Shown in pieces: positions 59,120 through 60,178 of a stretch of 60,178 nt of DNA. Source of the DNA: Christensenellales bacterium (lineage in GTDB: Bacteria > Bacillota > Clostridia > Christensenellales > CALWSW01); contig JBMNTV010000004.1 in the NCBI GenBank assembly GCA_050945915.1, forward strand, positions 1 to 60,178, in the 5' to 3' direction. The position numbers and the translations under genes were made by a program. The notes under the pieces are model-generated. The model was not told where the DNA came from. It saw only the letters and a list, made by a program, of their open reading frames with translations, and did not search any database. Numbering within the stretch: the stretch's first letter is position 1; the number at the start of each line of letters is the position of its first letter.

Positions 59120-60178
59120 ATGCGTATCAACAACAACATCATGGCCTTGAACACCCATCGCCAGTACGCCATCAACAACGAAAACATGGCCAAGGCCACT
59201 TCCCGTCTCTCTTCCGGTTACCGGATCAACAACGCGGCGGACGACGCTGCGGGTCTTGCCATCTCTGAAAAGATGCGCGCCCAGATCCGCGGCTTGAACA
59301 TGGCCGCCAAGAACAGCCAGGACGCGATCTCCCTCGTTCAGACCGCTGAAGGCGCCCTCGAAGAAACCGAAGCCATCCTCCAGCGCATGCGCGAGCTGGC
59401 GGTGCAGGCCGCTTCCGACACCAACCAGGAAATCGACCGCAATGCCCTGGACGCCGAGTTCCAGCAGCTGATCAAGGAAATCGACGACATCGCCAACAAG
59501 GCCGACTTCAACGGCACCAAGCTGTTGGACGGCTCTTTGTCTACTGTGTCCTTCGTCGGCGACGCTACGGGCGACGCCCTGACCCTCAAGGAAGGCATGA
59601 CCCTGAACGGCTTCGAGAACCTGGCAAAGGCAACAGAATACGGCTTCGCCTTCACCCCAGAAGTTACCACTTCTGGAAGTGAAGCACCCGCCTACCTCAC
59701 GATCGTTTCGGGCAGCAACAAGTACTACATCGAATCAAAGGGAGCTGGCGCGGCATTTGAGGCCGGTGAGTATCAGGTTATGGTTGGCGATCCAGGCAGC
59801 GGCACCGAAGAGTCCGGCGTGACCATCACGCTGAGCGCGGAAGCCGCCACCGTATTGACCGATAGCGTCGATCTTACCACGCTGAAGTTCGACCTCAACC
59901 CCGATGCTCCCATCGTCATCCAGACCGGCTCCAACAAGGGCGATACCCTGGCCATCAGCATCGGCGACATGAGCTCCGAAGGCCTGAATGTCAAGACCGC
60001 CTCCATCGCCACCCGCGAAAACGCAAGTTCTGCCATCTCCACCGTAGGCGACGCGATCAACGCCGTTTCCACCCAGCGCGCAAGCCTCGGCGCCATGCAG
60101 AACAGGCTGGAGCACAAGATCAACAACCTGGAGACTTCGGCCGAAAACCTCCAGTCTGCCGAAAGCCGCATCCGCGAC
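59120..60178 (+). CDS. fliC: flagellin (3' end beyond the window)
   Basis: Not in the ORF track. MRINNNIMALNTHRQ...RLSSGYRINNAADDAAGLAISEKMRAQIRGL...QRMRELAVQA; C-terminal RASLGAMQNRLEH...AESRIRD. Confidence 0.97.
   Translation, partial: MRINNNIMALNTHRQYAINNENMAKATSRLSSGYRINNAADDAAGLAISEKMRAQIRGLNMAAKNSQDAISLVQTAEGALEETEAILQRMRELAVQAASDTNQEIDRNALDAEFQQLIKEIDDIANKADFNGTKLLDGSLSTVSFVGDATGDALTLKEGMTLNGFENLAKATEYGFAFTPEVTTSGSEAPAYLTIVSGSNKYYIESKGAGAAFEAGEYQVMVGDPGSGTEESGVTITLSAEAATVLTDSVDLTTLKFDLNPDAPIVIQTGSNKGDTLAISIGDMSSEGLNVKTASIATRENASSAISTVGDAINAVSTQRASLGAMQNRLEHKINNLETSAENLQSAESRIRD

Overview
A roughly 58% GC chromosomal segment of a spore-forming, flagellated anaerobic Firmicute (Clostridia-like; inferred from pro-sigK, fliY, flbD, hfs hydrogenases and fabK). 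I see no mobile element, CRISPR array, rRNA or tRNA. Gene content in order: partial CbiB-like gene; Zn-dependent PLC-family gene with ktrB/ktrA; frameshifted SDR; L,D-transpeptidase; MATE; glutamate-5-kinase-like kinase; orphan secreted protein; IscU-like plus GGGtGRT pair; hfsABCD [FeFe]-hydrogenase/sensor operon; GntR; hslVU; SH3-SleB-type hydrolase; nucleotidyltransferase fused to a degenerate PGM; rnj, mltG and a U32 peptidase; a complete acp-acc-fab-marR-birA-bioY block; sigK; nnr; an FGGY kinase/dehydrogenase/aldolase operon; a fliF-fliY operon; and a divergent sigma28 flagellin that the ORF track misses. The best candidates for new biology are (i) the uncharacterised IscU-like/GGGtGRT pair next to hfs, (ii) a promoter-to-terminator structured RNA (about 12139-12295) upstream of hfs, (iii) recurring long rod-like leader hairpins, including an inverted-repeat-bounded 161-bp segment in the flagellar leader, and (iv) an unassigned sugar or sugar-acid catabolic trio. 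All protein family calls and RNA structures were made by eye and have not been checked computationally.
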